NCBI GenBank assembly: GCA_045120465.1
Contig: JBGVEW010000022.1
Coordinates: forward strand, 12,782-76,781
Reading direction: 5' to 3'
DNA: 64,000 bases
DNA from: Eubacteriales bacterium
Lineage (GTDB): Bacteria; Bacillota; Clostridia; Oscillospirales; CAG-272
The translations under genes were made by a program, and so were the position numbers. The notes below the pieces were generated by a model. That model did not search any database. It saw only the letters and a program-made list of their open reading frames with translations, and was not told the DNA's origin. Below, in pieces: positions 8,996-18,830 of the stretch; within the stretch, counting starts at the first letter, position 1, and each line of letters starts with the position of its first letter.

Positions 8996-11900
8996 TTACT
9001 GTGCGTTCCTGTACGCCTTGGCACTGACGCCGTAGCGATAGAGTGCTTTTGCCAGAGCCTGCATTTCCTCGTTCTGCGTAGCACCGTTGCACATTGCGTA
9101 CGCGTATGCGTTGACACTGTAGCTGATGCTTGCCACGTTCGTGCCGTCATAAAGCAGCTCGACCGTGTAAACGGTATCAAAATTGACCGCGCTGATGCCG
9201 TTGGTGCTAAGCTTATACGTGCCGTTTCCAAGGTGGATAAGATCAGAGAGCGCGTAGCTCGTTCCGTTGACCTTTACGGTCACAAGCGAGAAATCCTCAA
9301 CGTCGGCAAAGATCCTGATCACGATGCTGTTGACCGTATCAAAGCGCACGGTTGCCGACGAGAAGTGCAAGCTTGCATCGGTGTTGCCCGTCAGCGTCAT
9401 TGCGTCGCTCGCAACGGGAGTGACGGTCGAGGGGACGATCTCCTCCGTGCCGTCAAGAATTGCGCCATTGCCTGCGTAATCCTTGTAGTTCTGTGATGCT
9501 TGACCGTAAGACAGAAGATCTGCGATCAGGGTCTGCATCGCCGCATACTGTGCATCGGAAAGACCCAGCTGTGCCGCGCTCTTGGAAAGCAGATTCAAGC
9601 AGTTTTGCTTGATGCTGTAATCCTCCTGCGTTGCGTAAACCGTGTCTCCGACCAGAACCTCAGCGTCGATCAGATCCGCCATCTGCTGAGGCGCGATGCC
9701 GCCGAAGGTGAAGACGTATTCACCGTTTACGACCTTGTAATCGGTCACGGTGGTGGTCTGTCCGTTCATGGTGAAGCGGATCGCAAGATCTCCATTGTCC
9801 AGAATCGCGGGATTGACGACATTGACGTAGTAGTTAATCGCCAGATCCGCGCCGAGGTTGACAGAGGCGCCGGTGAGCTTCAAGTCTTCCGCAGGCTCCT
9901 CAACATCCCCCGTTATCGTAAAGCTATCCAGCACAAGACCGTCCGCTTGTCGAATAGTAACCACGAGGTTGTTCCCCTCTACGTCGATCACCGTATATGC
10001 CGGTTGGTATCTGTCGGGGGAGATGATCGTCATCATATTTTCTTCATTGAGTTCGGCAATACCGTCGTGGTTTGGTGCACAAGAACCGATGGTAGTGTAG
10101 ACCGTGCCGATACCCTTTTGGATCACATCGGGATTTTCCTTTGTCACGATTTGTCTGTTTTTCATCGGATAGGTTCTGGTTACGTGATGCATATGTCCGG
10201 AAAGCACGAGGTCCACTCCGTATTCCTCGATAATATCTACAAGCCATTCATTGTTATTGTTAGCGCCGCTCATATGATACGCGGGGCGGTGCGTCATCAG
10301 AATTGTCCATTTTGCATCCTGATTTGCTTGCAGATCCGCTTTTAACCATGCTCGTTGCTGCTGCATCAGCGCTTTGACGTTGTAGCGTCCCGTAGCACCG
10401 GAGTCAACCACGACAAAATGCACGTCTCCGTAATTAAAGGAATACACGGTCTCGTCGAGGTAATTTACGATCTCCGCACCTATGGGAGTTGCGTCCAGAA
10501 TCGCAGTCGTGTCGGTGTACGCCGCATCTCCGCCGTTGTTCGGGTGATTGAAGTACATATCAAAGAAATCGTGCTTGTCGTGCACACCGCCGCCGATGGT
10601 TGCAAAGTGTGGGATCTGTGTGACAATTCCGCCGAGCGACTTAAAGTACATGCCGTACTCAGCAGGAGCGTTGGTCTCCGTTATATCTCCCGTATTCAGG
10701 ATCATTGCGGGTGCGGTCTCCTTCAATGCCTGTGTGATCGCCACCTGTGAATACATATACGCCTTGGGACTGGAGCCTGTTCCTCCCCAGGTATATGCCT
10801 GATTGTCTCCAAAGGCAATAAAGGAAAAGTCGTCAACGTTTTCCTTTGCGGTGGTAAAGAAGTAGCTCTTGCTCCAATCGGTCTCCTCGTTTGTGCTATT
10901 CTTGATCCCCACCTTGTATTCGTATCGCGTGCTTGCCTTCAGCTCCGTAACGTCTGCCTTAAAGTAGGCTTCCGTATCGCTGAGCGATTCTTCTTCCTTG
11001 ATTGCATCAACGACCGACCAAGCGCTCTCGCCGACCGCACGGTACTTGATCGCCATTGCACCCTCGCCGATGAAGGATTCGAGTGCCGTCCAGGCAAACG
11101 CTCTGTCGTATCTTGCGTCGGTAAAGGAGGTTACGAGGTTGTATACGTTCGCGTCAAAGCCCTCGTAAACGGGCTCCTCGGAGAGCAGGGTATATTCATT
11201 CAACGTAACGTCTGCGTAGCTGATGCTTTCCTTCGATACGCTGTTCACGCCGTAAATTCCTACGGTAAAGTCTCTTACGGTCTCATCGATCCGCATACCG
11301 CGACGGATCGTGCCACCCTCGGGTAAGGTGACGGAGCAGAGCAACATTTTTTGTGAGGGATTGACGCGGGCATTGATGTGGTACGTTCCGTGCCCGTAGC
11401 TTCCCTTGTTCGCGCCGCCAAGCATACTCATACCGCTTTCCTTGATGGTGAGAAGCTCATAGTCACCCATCATTACCGCGGTAGCATCACCGTTGAAGGA
11501 AAGGTCACAGTCATAGATCGTTTCTTGCCCCTCGGGAACGCTCAGATCGGAGGATGCTACGAGCTCAAAGGCGTTGATCGCCGTGAATTTAAAGTTGCTG
11601 ATCTCTACCTTTCCGTCTTCACAGCGGAATACCCAGAATTTGCTGCATTCCTCATAGCTTGCGCCGGTAGGATCAACGGTGCGGGTGTATGCTCTGGAGT
11701 ATCCGTTTTCCGCGTTTGTGATCGAGGTATATATTGAGTCGGATGCCGTGGTGTTATTCCACGTCATCGTTACGGAATACGTCCCCGTACCGTAATTACT
11801 GTCAACGAGCTTTTTGCCGGAGGCAAGAATTGCTCCATCCGAGCTTCGGAACTGAGCGACGCCCGTCGTTCCGCCAAAGGTCATATTCAATTCACGCGTC

Positions 11901-12898
11901 CATGTGCTTTCGGTAATCAACGACTTGTTGTTTCCAAAGTCCGTGATATCCACGTTAAAGGAAATGCGATAGATTCCCTTGCTTTCAACGTTGGGGATAT
12001 TATCCCACCACAAGGATACCGAGTCGCCTTTTTTCATATAGAGCTTTCCGTTGTATCCGATCGGGGCTGTCGGAGTGTAATTGTACCCGTAGTTTGACGA
12101 GCTGGGAGGTGTTTGTTCAACCGTCCAGATCCCATCGCCCTCCGTCGTCAGGAAGGACTCGCCGATCTCCTCAAAGCCGGAAATGGAAAGTGCTCCGTCA
12201 GTAAAGGTGAAATTGGTGATTTCTACCGCACCGTCCTCACAGCGGAATGCCCAGAACGGGCGGCATTCCGCGTATGTCTCCGTGGTGTCATCAACGCTTT
12301 TCGTTTTTGTTGCATTGATCTCGTCGCCCTTGGTGACCGTGGTCGTTATCGTATTTGGGGAGACCGTAGTATCCCAAACGATCTTTACGGAATACGTATC
12401 CGATCCGTAGTTGCTTTCCGAAACACCGCTTCCGGACATCATAAGCTTTTTTGCGGTTGTGTGACAGCTTCGGAACTGAGCCGCATCATACCCTCCGCCC
12501 AAAAGAACGTTCAGCTCTCTTTTCCAAACGGATTCACTGATGAGGGATTTGTTGTTTCCATTGTCGGTGACATCAACGTCAAAGGAAAGCGTATACGTGC
12601 CCGTTTTCGCAACACCGGGGATCTTGCTCCAGTAAAACGCCGCGGAGTTACCCTCGGTTAAGGAAAGCTTGCCATCCGTGACTGTCGGTGCAGTCGGGTT
12701 ATACGAGGCGAAGTTGGTCAGCGACGTCTTTGGCTCTATTGCCCAAAGCCCCGAATTGAAGCTCTCCTCGTATACTACGTCGGGCTCATCGCTCGCGCTC
12801 ACTGCGCCTGCCATGATGCTGCTCACAGAAATCATTTGAACGAACATCACAAGTGTCAAGAAAACCGACAAAGCCTGTTTGATTTTTGATTTGTACAT
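8996..12898 (-). CDS. secreted multidomain metallophosphoesterase (calcineurin-like) with duplicated N-terminal jelly-roll-like domains
   Basis: ATG 12898 follows a GGAGGAAAG SD. The signal peptide is MYKSKIKQALSVFLTLVMFVQMISV. Motifs GDNQ, NTGDITE, HRPAYH and SGHMHH are present. Two paralogous ~190-aa domains share SF[DN]VD[VI]TD.GNNKSLI and FRCEDG.VEI[TS]NF. Confidence 0.75.
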   Translation of the reverse strand: MYKSKIKQALSVFLTLVMFVQMISVSSIMAGAVSASDEPDVVYEESFNSGLWAIEPKTSLTNFASYNPTAPTVTDGKLSLTEGNSAAFYWSKIPGVAKTGTYTLSFDVDVTDNGNNKSLISESVWKRELNVLLGGGYDAAQFRSCHTTAKKLMMSGSGVSESNYGSDTYSVKIVWDTTVSPNTITTTVTKGDEINATKTKSVDDTTETYAECRPFWAFRCEDGAVEITNFTFTDGALSISGFEEIGESFLTTEGDGIWTVEQTPPSSSNYGYNYTPTAPIGYNGKLYMKKGDSVSLWWDNIPNVESKGIYRISFNVDITDFGNNKSLITESTWTRELNMTFGGTTGVAQFRSSDGAILASGKKLVDSNYGTGTYSVTMTWNNTTASDSIYTSITNAENGYSRAYTRTVDPTGASYEECSKFWVFRCEDGKVEISNFKFTAINAFELVASSDLSVPEGQETIYDCDLSFNGDATAVMMGDYELLTIKESGMSMLGGANKGSYGHGTYHINARVNPSQKMLLCSVTLPEGGTIRRGMRIDETVRDFTVGIYGVNSVSKESISYADVTLNEYTLLSEEPVYEGFDANVYNLVTSFTDARYDRAFAWTALESFIGEGAMAIKYRAVGESAWSVVDAIKEEESLSDTEAYFKADVTELKASTRYEYKVGIKNSTNEETDWSKSYFFTTAKENVDDFSFIAFGDNQAYTWGGTGSSPKAYMYSQVAITQALKETAPAMILNTGDITETNAPAEYGMYFKSLGGIVTQIPHFATIGGGVHDKHDFFDMYFNHPNNGGDAAYTDTTAILDATPIGAEIVNYLDETVYSFNYGDVHFVVVDSGATGRYNVKALMQQQRAWLKADLQANQDAKWTILMTHRPAYHMSGANNNNEWLVDIIEEYGVDLVLSGHMHHVTRTYPMKNRQIVTKENPDVIQKGIGTVYTTIGSCAPNHDGIAELNEENMMTIISPDRYQPAYTVIDVEGNNLVVTIRQADGLVLDSFTITGDVEEPAEDLKLTGASVNLGADLAINYYVNVVNPAILDNGDLAIRFTMNGQTTTVTDYKVVNGEYVFTFGGIAPQQMADLIDAEVLVGDTVYATQEDYSIKQNCLNLLSKSAAQLGLSDAQYAAMQTLIADLLSYGQASQNYKDYAGNGAILDGTEEIVPSTVTPVASDAMTLTGNTDASLHFSSATVRFDTVNSIVIRIFADVEDFSLVTVKVNGTSYALSDLIHLGNGTYKLSTNGISAVNFDTVYTVELLYDGTNVASISYSVNAYAYAMCNGATQNEEMQALAKALYRYGVSAKAYRNAQ

Positions 12899-13022
12899 TG
12901 TCTTTCCTCCATTCAAAAAAGATTGTAACAACATTGTAGCACAGTTGCATTGACAAAACCTTACATCTGTGATACAATAAATTTAGGAAAACTACGATTT
13001 TTTGAAATTGGAGGATAGAAAA

Positions 13023-13835
13023 ATGAAGATTCAAACGCGCTACTCCGGATACAATTACGCCACATTCAGCGAATATTACGAAGGCAAGCACGGGTATCAG
13101 GAGCATATTCACCAGTTTCTGGAGGTCCATTGCGTTCTGGAGGGAGAGACCGTGATCACCGTTGGCGGTGCGGCGCAGGTTGCACGCGCGGGAGATCTCG
13201 TTGTAATCTTCCCTTTTCAATCGCATAGCCAATATACACCGGACTATTGCAAAATATGGGTAGGTCTGGCATCCATCTCCTATGTCAACGACCTGCTTTC
13301 CCGTGACCATTTCTGCGTTCCAGACAAAAACGTGTTCACACCCTGCCCCACAGCATTTGCCTACATCAAGGAACGTCTGCCGTCGCCTCACTGGATCAAG
13401 CGCCCCTCGTCCCTGACTAAGATTCGGTTCAGAATTACCAAGGCACTTTATTTTGTGATCCTTGACGAGTTTTTGCGTCAGGTAAAGATCACCTCCACGA
13501 GTATCAACACAACTGCGCTGACGGCGACGTATATGTACGTTAACGAGCATTATAGAGAAAGTAATCTTACATTGAAAAAGCTTGCCACCGCCATTGGATA
13601 CACGCCAAATTATCTCTCCTCCTGCCTTTCGTCGATACCGAATGCGAATTTTCGCGATATACTGAACTCGGCGAGAGTGGACCACGCAAAGAAGCAGCTC
13701 ACTTCCACAGACAAGCGGATTCTGGATATTGCATTGGAAAGCGGATTTTCCTCCGAAGCCGTCTTTTACGGTATTTTTGAAAAATTTGTGGGAATGACGC
13801 CAAGACAATACAGATTAGCAAAAAGGAATACGTGA
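13023..13835 (+). CDS. AraC family transcriptional regulator
   Basis: ATG follows a GGAGGA SD. It has a cupin-like N-terminus and a C-terminal HTH (ESGFSSEAVFYGIFEKFVGMTPRQYR). Confidence 0.85.
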   Translation: MKIQTRYSGYNYATFSEYYEGKHGYQEHIHQFLEVHCVLEGETVITVGGAAQVARAGDLVVIFPFQSHSQYTPDYCKIWVGLASISYVNDLLSRDHFCVPDKNVFTPCPTAFAYIKERLPSPHWIKRPSSLTKIRFRITKALYFVILDEFLRQVKITSTSINTTALTATYMYVNEHYRESNLTLKKLATAIGYTPNYLSSCLSSIPNANFRDILNSARVDHAKKQLTSTDKRILDIALESGFSSEAVFYGIFEKFVGMTPRQYRLAKRNT

Positions 13836-13876
13836 CTCGCGGCAAGCTATCATTTGTAATGCGAGCAACAAAAAAA

Positions 13877-13919
13877 TCGGACACATCATTTTGAGCTTTT
13901 GCTCTGGTGATGTGTCCAA
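13877..13919. repeat. H palindrome copy 3 (slightly degenerate arms)
   Basis: TCGGACACATCAT-TTTGAGCTTTTGCTCTG-GTGATGTGTCCAA, with an A-run before and a T-run after. Confidence 0.8.
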
Positions 13920-13950
13920 TATTTTTTTGTTTTCAAGGAGGATTTCCAAG

Positions 13951-14310
13951 GTGAAAAAGCTTAAAATGACTCGAGGCGTAACACTCACTTTTGAGGAGGG
14001 CTGCAACAAATATTTAGAGAATTGTCGGCAGAGAAATTTAAGGGAAGGTACTATCGGACACTACCGACAGAGCTACGTGCAATTCTATAAGTTCTTCGAC
14101 CCGAAGCTGCCTATTGAGGACATTGATGAGCAGACCTATAAGGACTACGTTTTGCATTTGAAATCGACTTTGGATAACGATGTTAGTTACATTTCAATAC
14201 TGAAAGGAACGTTATATTATGATTTATGCTTATTGCCGCGTCAGCACACAACATCAGAACGAAATATTTTCGTCTTTGTTAGTGTTACAATGGATGAAAG
14301 AGCAAAATGA
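13951..14310 (+). pseudogene. tyrosine recombinase/integrase, N-terminal fragment
   Basis: GTG follows an AAGGAGGA SD. VKKLKMTRGVTLTFEEGCNKYLENCRQRNLREGTIGHYRQSYVQFYKFF... stays integrase-like to about codon 80, then becomes unrelated sequence. Confidence 0.55.
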
Positions 14311-14389
14311 AAAAAATTTTCACACTTTTTATTATGCAAATACCTGTTTTTATAGCTTGCAAACAGGCGCGCGCTCGTATATTCCGTAA
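14219..14389 (+). pseudogene. serine recombinase (resolvase/invertase) N-terminal stub
   Basis: MIYAYCRVSTQHQN matches the Y-x-R-V-S-T-x-x-Q catalytic-serine motif. The resemblance is lost after about 14 codons. Confidence 0.35.
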
Positions 14390-14658
14390 GGCTGTACCGC
14401 AACATATATTCGCTGAAAACGGAAAGCTCCTTTATTTTTCCTTTTTTACTCTCATATCATTGACAAATGCACAAAATTACAAAAAAGGACGTTTATCCTT
14501 TCGGAAAGTACGTTTCACACCTTAAAAAGGAAGCACGCTTCATATATAATATAGACATCCCACTAAAGAAAGCGAAGGGAAAGCGTCTGCTTCCTCGCCG
14601 TTCCGCTTTGGAGCGCTTCCTTTGCGAATACGTAAACAAATCATATTTCATCGGCACA

Positions 14659-14700
14659 CAGAGCCGCCCCACTCCGATCCAAGGAGATGGGGCGGCTCTG
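14659..14700 (-). terminator. hairpin downstream of the LysR gene
   Basis: CAGAGCCGCCCCA...TGGGGCGGCTCTG forms a 13-bp stem. Confidence 0.45.
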
Positions 14701-14718
14701 CTTTCCGCCTCTTATGCG

Positions 14719-15567
14719 TCAAAAATCACAGTCGGCAAGATATTCAACGAAATCGTTCAGCTGGTCATCGAGGCTCCCCTGCTTGTAATACAGGCAAACG
14801 GAGCTGCTCAGGCGCATATCCCTGACGTCGAGATCAACCAACCCGCGCGGCGCGGGATCGAGCGCCGACTCGAGCCACAGCCCAAGTCCGACACCTGCGG
14901 CAGTGCTTTCCGTAAAGCACTGGCGGTCATTCGTTTGCAATACGATATTCGGATAAAACCCGGCGTTTTTACAGCAATCGAACAAAATGCTATTCGCCCC
15001 AAGCTCGATCTCCAGGGTAACGAATCTCTCGTTTCTCAAGTCCCGCATCGTAAGGGGCTTGCCGACAAGCGGGTGATCCGAAACCGCCTTGAAGCAAATT
15101 TGATAGTTTCCAAGCTCACGGCATCTGTATTCCGTGTAATCGTCGCAGGGCTTATCGATGATGATGTCATAATCAAAGCATTCCCGGTTGCTTGTGTCAA
15201 ACATTGCGATGAAATGCACGTTCGGATGAAGCTCTTGATATCTGAGCATCAAGCGGCTTACGTAATCCTGCATCGCAAGGATCAAAATCCGTATTTCCGT
15301 TTTCATCGGCTCTCGGTTTTTGATTTTGGAAACCGTTCGGTCAAGCTCCTCAAAAATAACGCCAAGCGAATTTTGAAGAAGCTTGCCGTTCTCATTCAAG
15401 GAAATGCGGTTGCTTTGCCTCTCAAAAAGCTTGCATCCAAGCTCCTCCTCAAGGCGCTTGATCGAAGCCGAGACGGAGGACGCGGGAATCATATACTTTT
15501 CCGCCGCCCTTGCAATGTTTTCATTTTTTGCGGTCTCATAAAAATACCGCAGCTGTAAAAGCTCCAT
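14719..15567 (-). CDS. LysR family transcriptional regulator
   Basis: ATG 15567 follows a GGGAGGGATG SD. MELLQLRYFYETAKNENIARAAEKYMIPASSVSASIKRLEEELG is a classic LysR HTH. Confidence 0.85.
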   Translation of the reverse strand: MELLQLRYFYETAKNENIARAAEKYMIPASSVSASIKRLEEELGCKLFERQSNRISLNENGKLLQNSLGVIFEELDRTVSKIKNREPMKTEIRILILAMQDYVSRLMLRYQELHPNVHFIAMFDTSNRECFDYDIIIDKPCDDYTEYRCRELGNYQICFKAVSDHPLVGKPLTMRDLRNERFVTLEIELGANSILFDCCKNAGFYPNIVLQTNDRQCFTESTAAGVGLGLWLESALDPAPRGLVDLDVRDMRLSSSVCLYYKQGSLDDQLNDFVEYLADCDF

Positions 15568-15730
15568 AATCATCCCTCCCATAGCCCTATCTCGAACGGG
15601 CTCTCTCCCATTATACCATATCCTTCGCAATATGGCAAGCATATTTTATTATATTCTTTACGTTATTACAAAAATGTGATATAATGAGTCCGTACCAATC
15701 CCCGTGAAAAAAATTATATGGAGGAAGCTT

Positions 15731-18610
15731 ATGAAAAAAAACACCCCAAAAGTCGTTTCCCTGGTACTGACCCTGGCGATGCTGATCGGCACGCTCCCGC
15801 TCGCCTTGTCGGTACGCACGGAAGCCGCATCGCAAACCACCGTCGGAGGTGTGGTCACCACCCCCGGTGCAACCGAGGTCCTGAAGTATTTCAAGGAGGA
15901 CACCGCCTTCGATATGTCCGAGAAGGTCAACGCCCCCATGACCTTTGAATTTGATCTTGCCGGATGCGGAAACATCGCCGGTGCCGTTTCCGGCGGCGTC
16001 ATCATCGGAAATTACAGCGAGGATGCATCCGCATATATCAACGTTGAGGCAGTGGACTACGGAAAGCTCATCGTTCGCGGCAAGCACACAAGCGGCTCGG
16101 AATGGAGGGCAACCTTCTATCAAAGCGAGGCCGACATCAGAACGAACGCGGTGCGTCATTATACCGTTACGGTAGGCTCCGGCTGGACAGGTGTCAGCCT
16201 GTACGTTGACGGAGCACACAAGGCAACCAGATATCCCGCCAGCATTACGCTCCCCACCGCCGCAGAATTTTCCCACCCCTTCAGAATCGGCGGCGACTAC
16301 CGCGACGGAAACACCAACTATTTCAAGGGACTGATCTATTCCGTGGCTCTCTTCAGCGACGTTCGCACCGCCGATGAGATCAAGGCGGATAAGAGCATAG
16401 CGAAAACGTGGAGCAGTGCTACGCACGGCTTGATTGCGGCGTATGACCTTACCAGAATGGGCAAGGCGGCTCTTCGAAATTACGCCGAAAGCGGAAACAG
16501 CTTGATCTATCATAACGAAAGCGGCATCCTGACGGAAAACTTCGGAACGTATGAAATCGATCAAAAATTCACCGACCATCTCGAAACGGTAGAGGCTTGG
16601 ATCTATTTTCCAAAATACTATTCCGGCAGCATCGGCGGCACGATCATCGGCAACTATCGCAGCTACAACGGTGCCCGCGCTATTTTTGAGATCTATAAGG
16701 ACGGCACGCCCCGCCTTTCCTACACCACCGAGTCCGGCACGACCGCATACCACAGATTTACCGACGTAGACGTGAGAACGGGAAGTTGGCAGCATATTGC
16801 CATTGTTCACGACGTTGCCAACAAGGAGGCACGCTGTTACGTAAACGGTGAGCTTCGCCAGACGATCTCGGGTGACACCGTTGTCGCCTACAGCGCAGAC
16901 ATCCTTGATAACAAATTTCTCATCGGCAGAGATACCGCTCTGCGTTATGCAAATGGCGACGGCGAATACTGGGAAAACAGAAAGGACCAGTATTTCAAGG
17001 GCTTTATCAAGGAGGTTCGCGCTTACTCCGACGTGAGAACCGCAGAGGAGATCGCAGAGGATTATCAGGGCTTCTTGAAATTGGCTGACAAACAGCTCCT
17101 TGCGGCATACGTGATCTCTCCGGAGGATGCATACGGCACTCTCAGAGATTTCTCCGGAAACGGCTATGACGCAGACTATCATCAGCTCCTTTGGGAAGAA
17201 GAGTACGTAAAGCCCATTGGGGATTATGCATACAGCCTTGCGGTGGTAGGTGACACACAAACCGTTACCGCCCAGAATCCAGAGCTTCTGAAAAACATCT
17301 ATCAGTGGATCCTCGAAAACAAAGAGGAAAAGAACATTCAGTACGTGATCGGACTCGGAGATATTACCGAGTACGGTGTGGACAAGGGACACGCAAACTA
17401 CGATGAAGCAAGAGCAAACGCAGAGTGGGCGGCGGCAAAGGAAGCGATCTCCCTCATGGACGGAAAGATCCCCTACTCCCTGATCCGCGGCGACGGTCAC
17501 GACGGCATTGAGCTGTTCAATCAGTATTTCGCTAACCACGCGGGATACACGCAGAACATTGCGGGATATTGCGAGGAGGGACGGATCGATAACGTTTACC
17601 ACACCTTCAAGATCGGAAGCGTTGATTATCTGCTGCTCTCCCTTGATCACGGAACCAAGGATCACGCCATCGAATGGGCAAACGAGGTGATTGCGTCGCA
17701 TCCCACGCACCGCGTGATCGTCACCACGCATCAGTATATCCGCGGCGACGGCTCGATGATCGTAACGGGAGAGTCCGGCTCCGCCTCTGCTTACGATCCC
17801 GCCAACAACAATGCAGAGGTCTTGTGGGAGGAGCTTTTGAGCAAGCATCCGAACATATTTATGGTCTTGTGCGGACACGCAAGTGCGGATGACGTCGTTG
17901 TTTCCAAGCAGATCGGTGACTACGGCAACGTGGTAACGCAGGTTCTCGTTAACCCCCAGACCATGGACGGCGAATATTACCAGGGCTCCAAGGGTATGGT
18001 AGCAATGCTCTATTTCTCCGAGGATGGAGAGAACGTGCAGGTACAGTATTACTCCACCCTGAAGGACACCTATCGCCCCACAAGCTCGTTCACGGTTTCC
18101 TACGGTGCTACCCGTATGCCCTCCTATGATAACATCGGCGAGGAGTACGTAATTGTTCAGAACGTGGAAAGCGGAATTTACTCCGTGGTGGAAAACACCT
18201 TCTTCACCTTCCTTGGCGGCTCTCTTCGCTACGGAGACGCAAAGGACGGCTTCGCCAACGTTCGTTTTGGATATCGGTTCAACGCGTCCGTGGATCTCGA
18301 GGCAACGACCTGGGGCTGGAGCTACGGTGTCGCAGGCTCGGGACATTCCAACTATACCGCGGGTGTGAATTACACGAGCGATACGAACGTCACCAATCTT
18401 GTGATCACCTCTGTCCCGGAGGCTTATTATTCTGCCGAGCTTGAAAGCCGTCTTGTCTTTGAGATCACCGTTGACGGCATCGCCTACAGGGTGTTTGATC
18501 GCGCGCGCACCAGAAGCATCCTCGGCATCGCCCAAAACATGGTGAACAACCCTACCGAACCGCAGGCGGCAAGGGACTACGCAGAAAAGATCGTCAATAC
18601 GTGTGCGTGA
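15731..18610 (+). CDS. secreted LamG-domain metallophosphoesterase
   Basis: ATG follows a GGAGGA SD and there is a signal peptide. Two LamG-like modules end in YFKGLIYSVALFSDVRTADEI and YFKGFIKEVRAYSDVRTAEEI. Phosphoesterase motifs VVGDTQ, GLGDITE and CGHASADD are present. Confidence 0.75.
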   Translation: MKKNTPKVVSLVLTLAMLIGTLPLALSVRTEAASQTTVGGVVTTPGATEVLKYFKEDTAFDMSEKVNAPMTFEFDLAGCGNIAGAVSGGVIIGNYSEDASAYINVEAVDYGKLIVRGKHTSGSEWRATFYQSEADIRTNAVRHYTVTVGSGWTGVSLYVDGAHKATRYPASITLPTAAEFSHPFRIGGDYRDGNTNYFKGLIYSVALFSDVRTADEIKADKSIAKTWSSATHGLIAAYDLTRMGKAALRNYAESGNSLIYHNESGILTENFGTYEIDQKFTDHLETVEAWIYFPKYYSGSIGGTIIGNYRSYNGARAIFEIYKDGTPRLSYTTESGTTAYHRFTDVDVRTGSWQHIAIVHDVANKEARCYVNGELRQTISGDTVVAYSADILDNKFLIGRDTALRYANGDGEYWENRKDQYFKGFIKEVRAYSDVRTAEEIAEDYQGFLKLADKQLLAAYVISPEDAYGTLRDFSGNGYDADYHQLLWEEEYVKPIGDYAYSLAVVGDTQTVTAQNPELLKNIYQWILENKEEKNIQYVIGLGDITEYGVDKGHANYDEARANAEWAAAKEAISLMDGKIPYSLIRGDGHDGIELFNQYFANHAGYTQNIAGYCEEGRIDNVYHTFKIGSVDYLLLSLDHGTKDHAIEWANEVIASHPTHRVIVTTHQYIRGDGSMIVTGESGSASAYDPANNNAEVLWEELLSKHPNIFMVLCGHASADDVVVSKQIGDYGNVVTQVLVNPQTMDGEYYQGSKGMVAMLYFSEDGENVQVQYYSTLKDTYRPTSSFTVSYGATRMPSYDNIGEEYVIVQNVESGIYSVVENTFFTFLGGSLRYGDAKDGFANVRFGYRFNASVDLEATTWGWSYGVAGSGHSNYTAGVNYTSDTNVTNLVITSVPEAYYSAELESRLVFEITVDGIAYRVFDRARTRSILGIAQNMVNNPTEPQAARDYAEKIVNTCA

Positions 18611-18621
18611 GGTAACGGTCG

Positions 18622-18768
18622 ATGAACAAAAAATACGAATCTCCCGAAATAGAGCTGCTTTGGTTGGCTCTTGACATCCTGACCTCGTCCCTGAACGCGT
18701 CGGACAATGACGTTCTCTTCGGTGACGGAAACAACGATGACAAACAGAATTGGGGACAGTACTACTGA
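18622..18768 (+). CDS. acidic micro-ORF P2 (48 codons)
   Basis: A GAGG SD lies 9 nt before the ATG, 11 nt after the phosphoesterase stop. MNKKYESPEIELLWLALDILTSS is related to P1. Confidence 0.5.
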   Translation: MNKKYESPEIELLWLALDILTSSLNASDNDVLFGDGNNDDKQNWGQYY

Positions 18769-18830
18769 ATTCTCCGAACGAAAGACACGTATCACACCAC
18801 CCAAGCGACAGCTTTAGAAAAGGAGCTCAC

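Noticed and set aside
15611-18535. 974-codon ORF on the minus strand.
   Set aside because: It is antisense to the LamG/phosphoesterase gene. It has no motifs or SD and a low-complexity composition.
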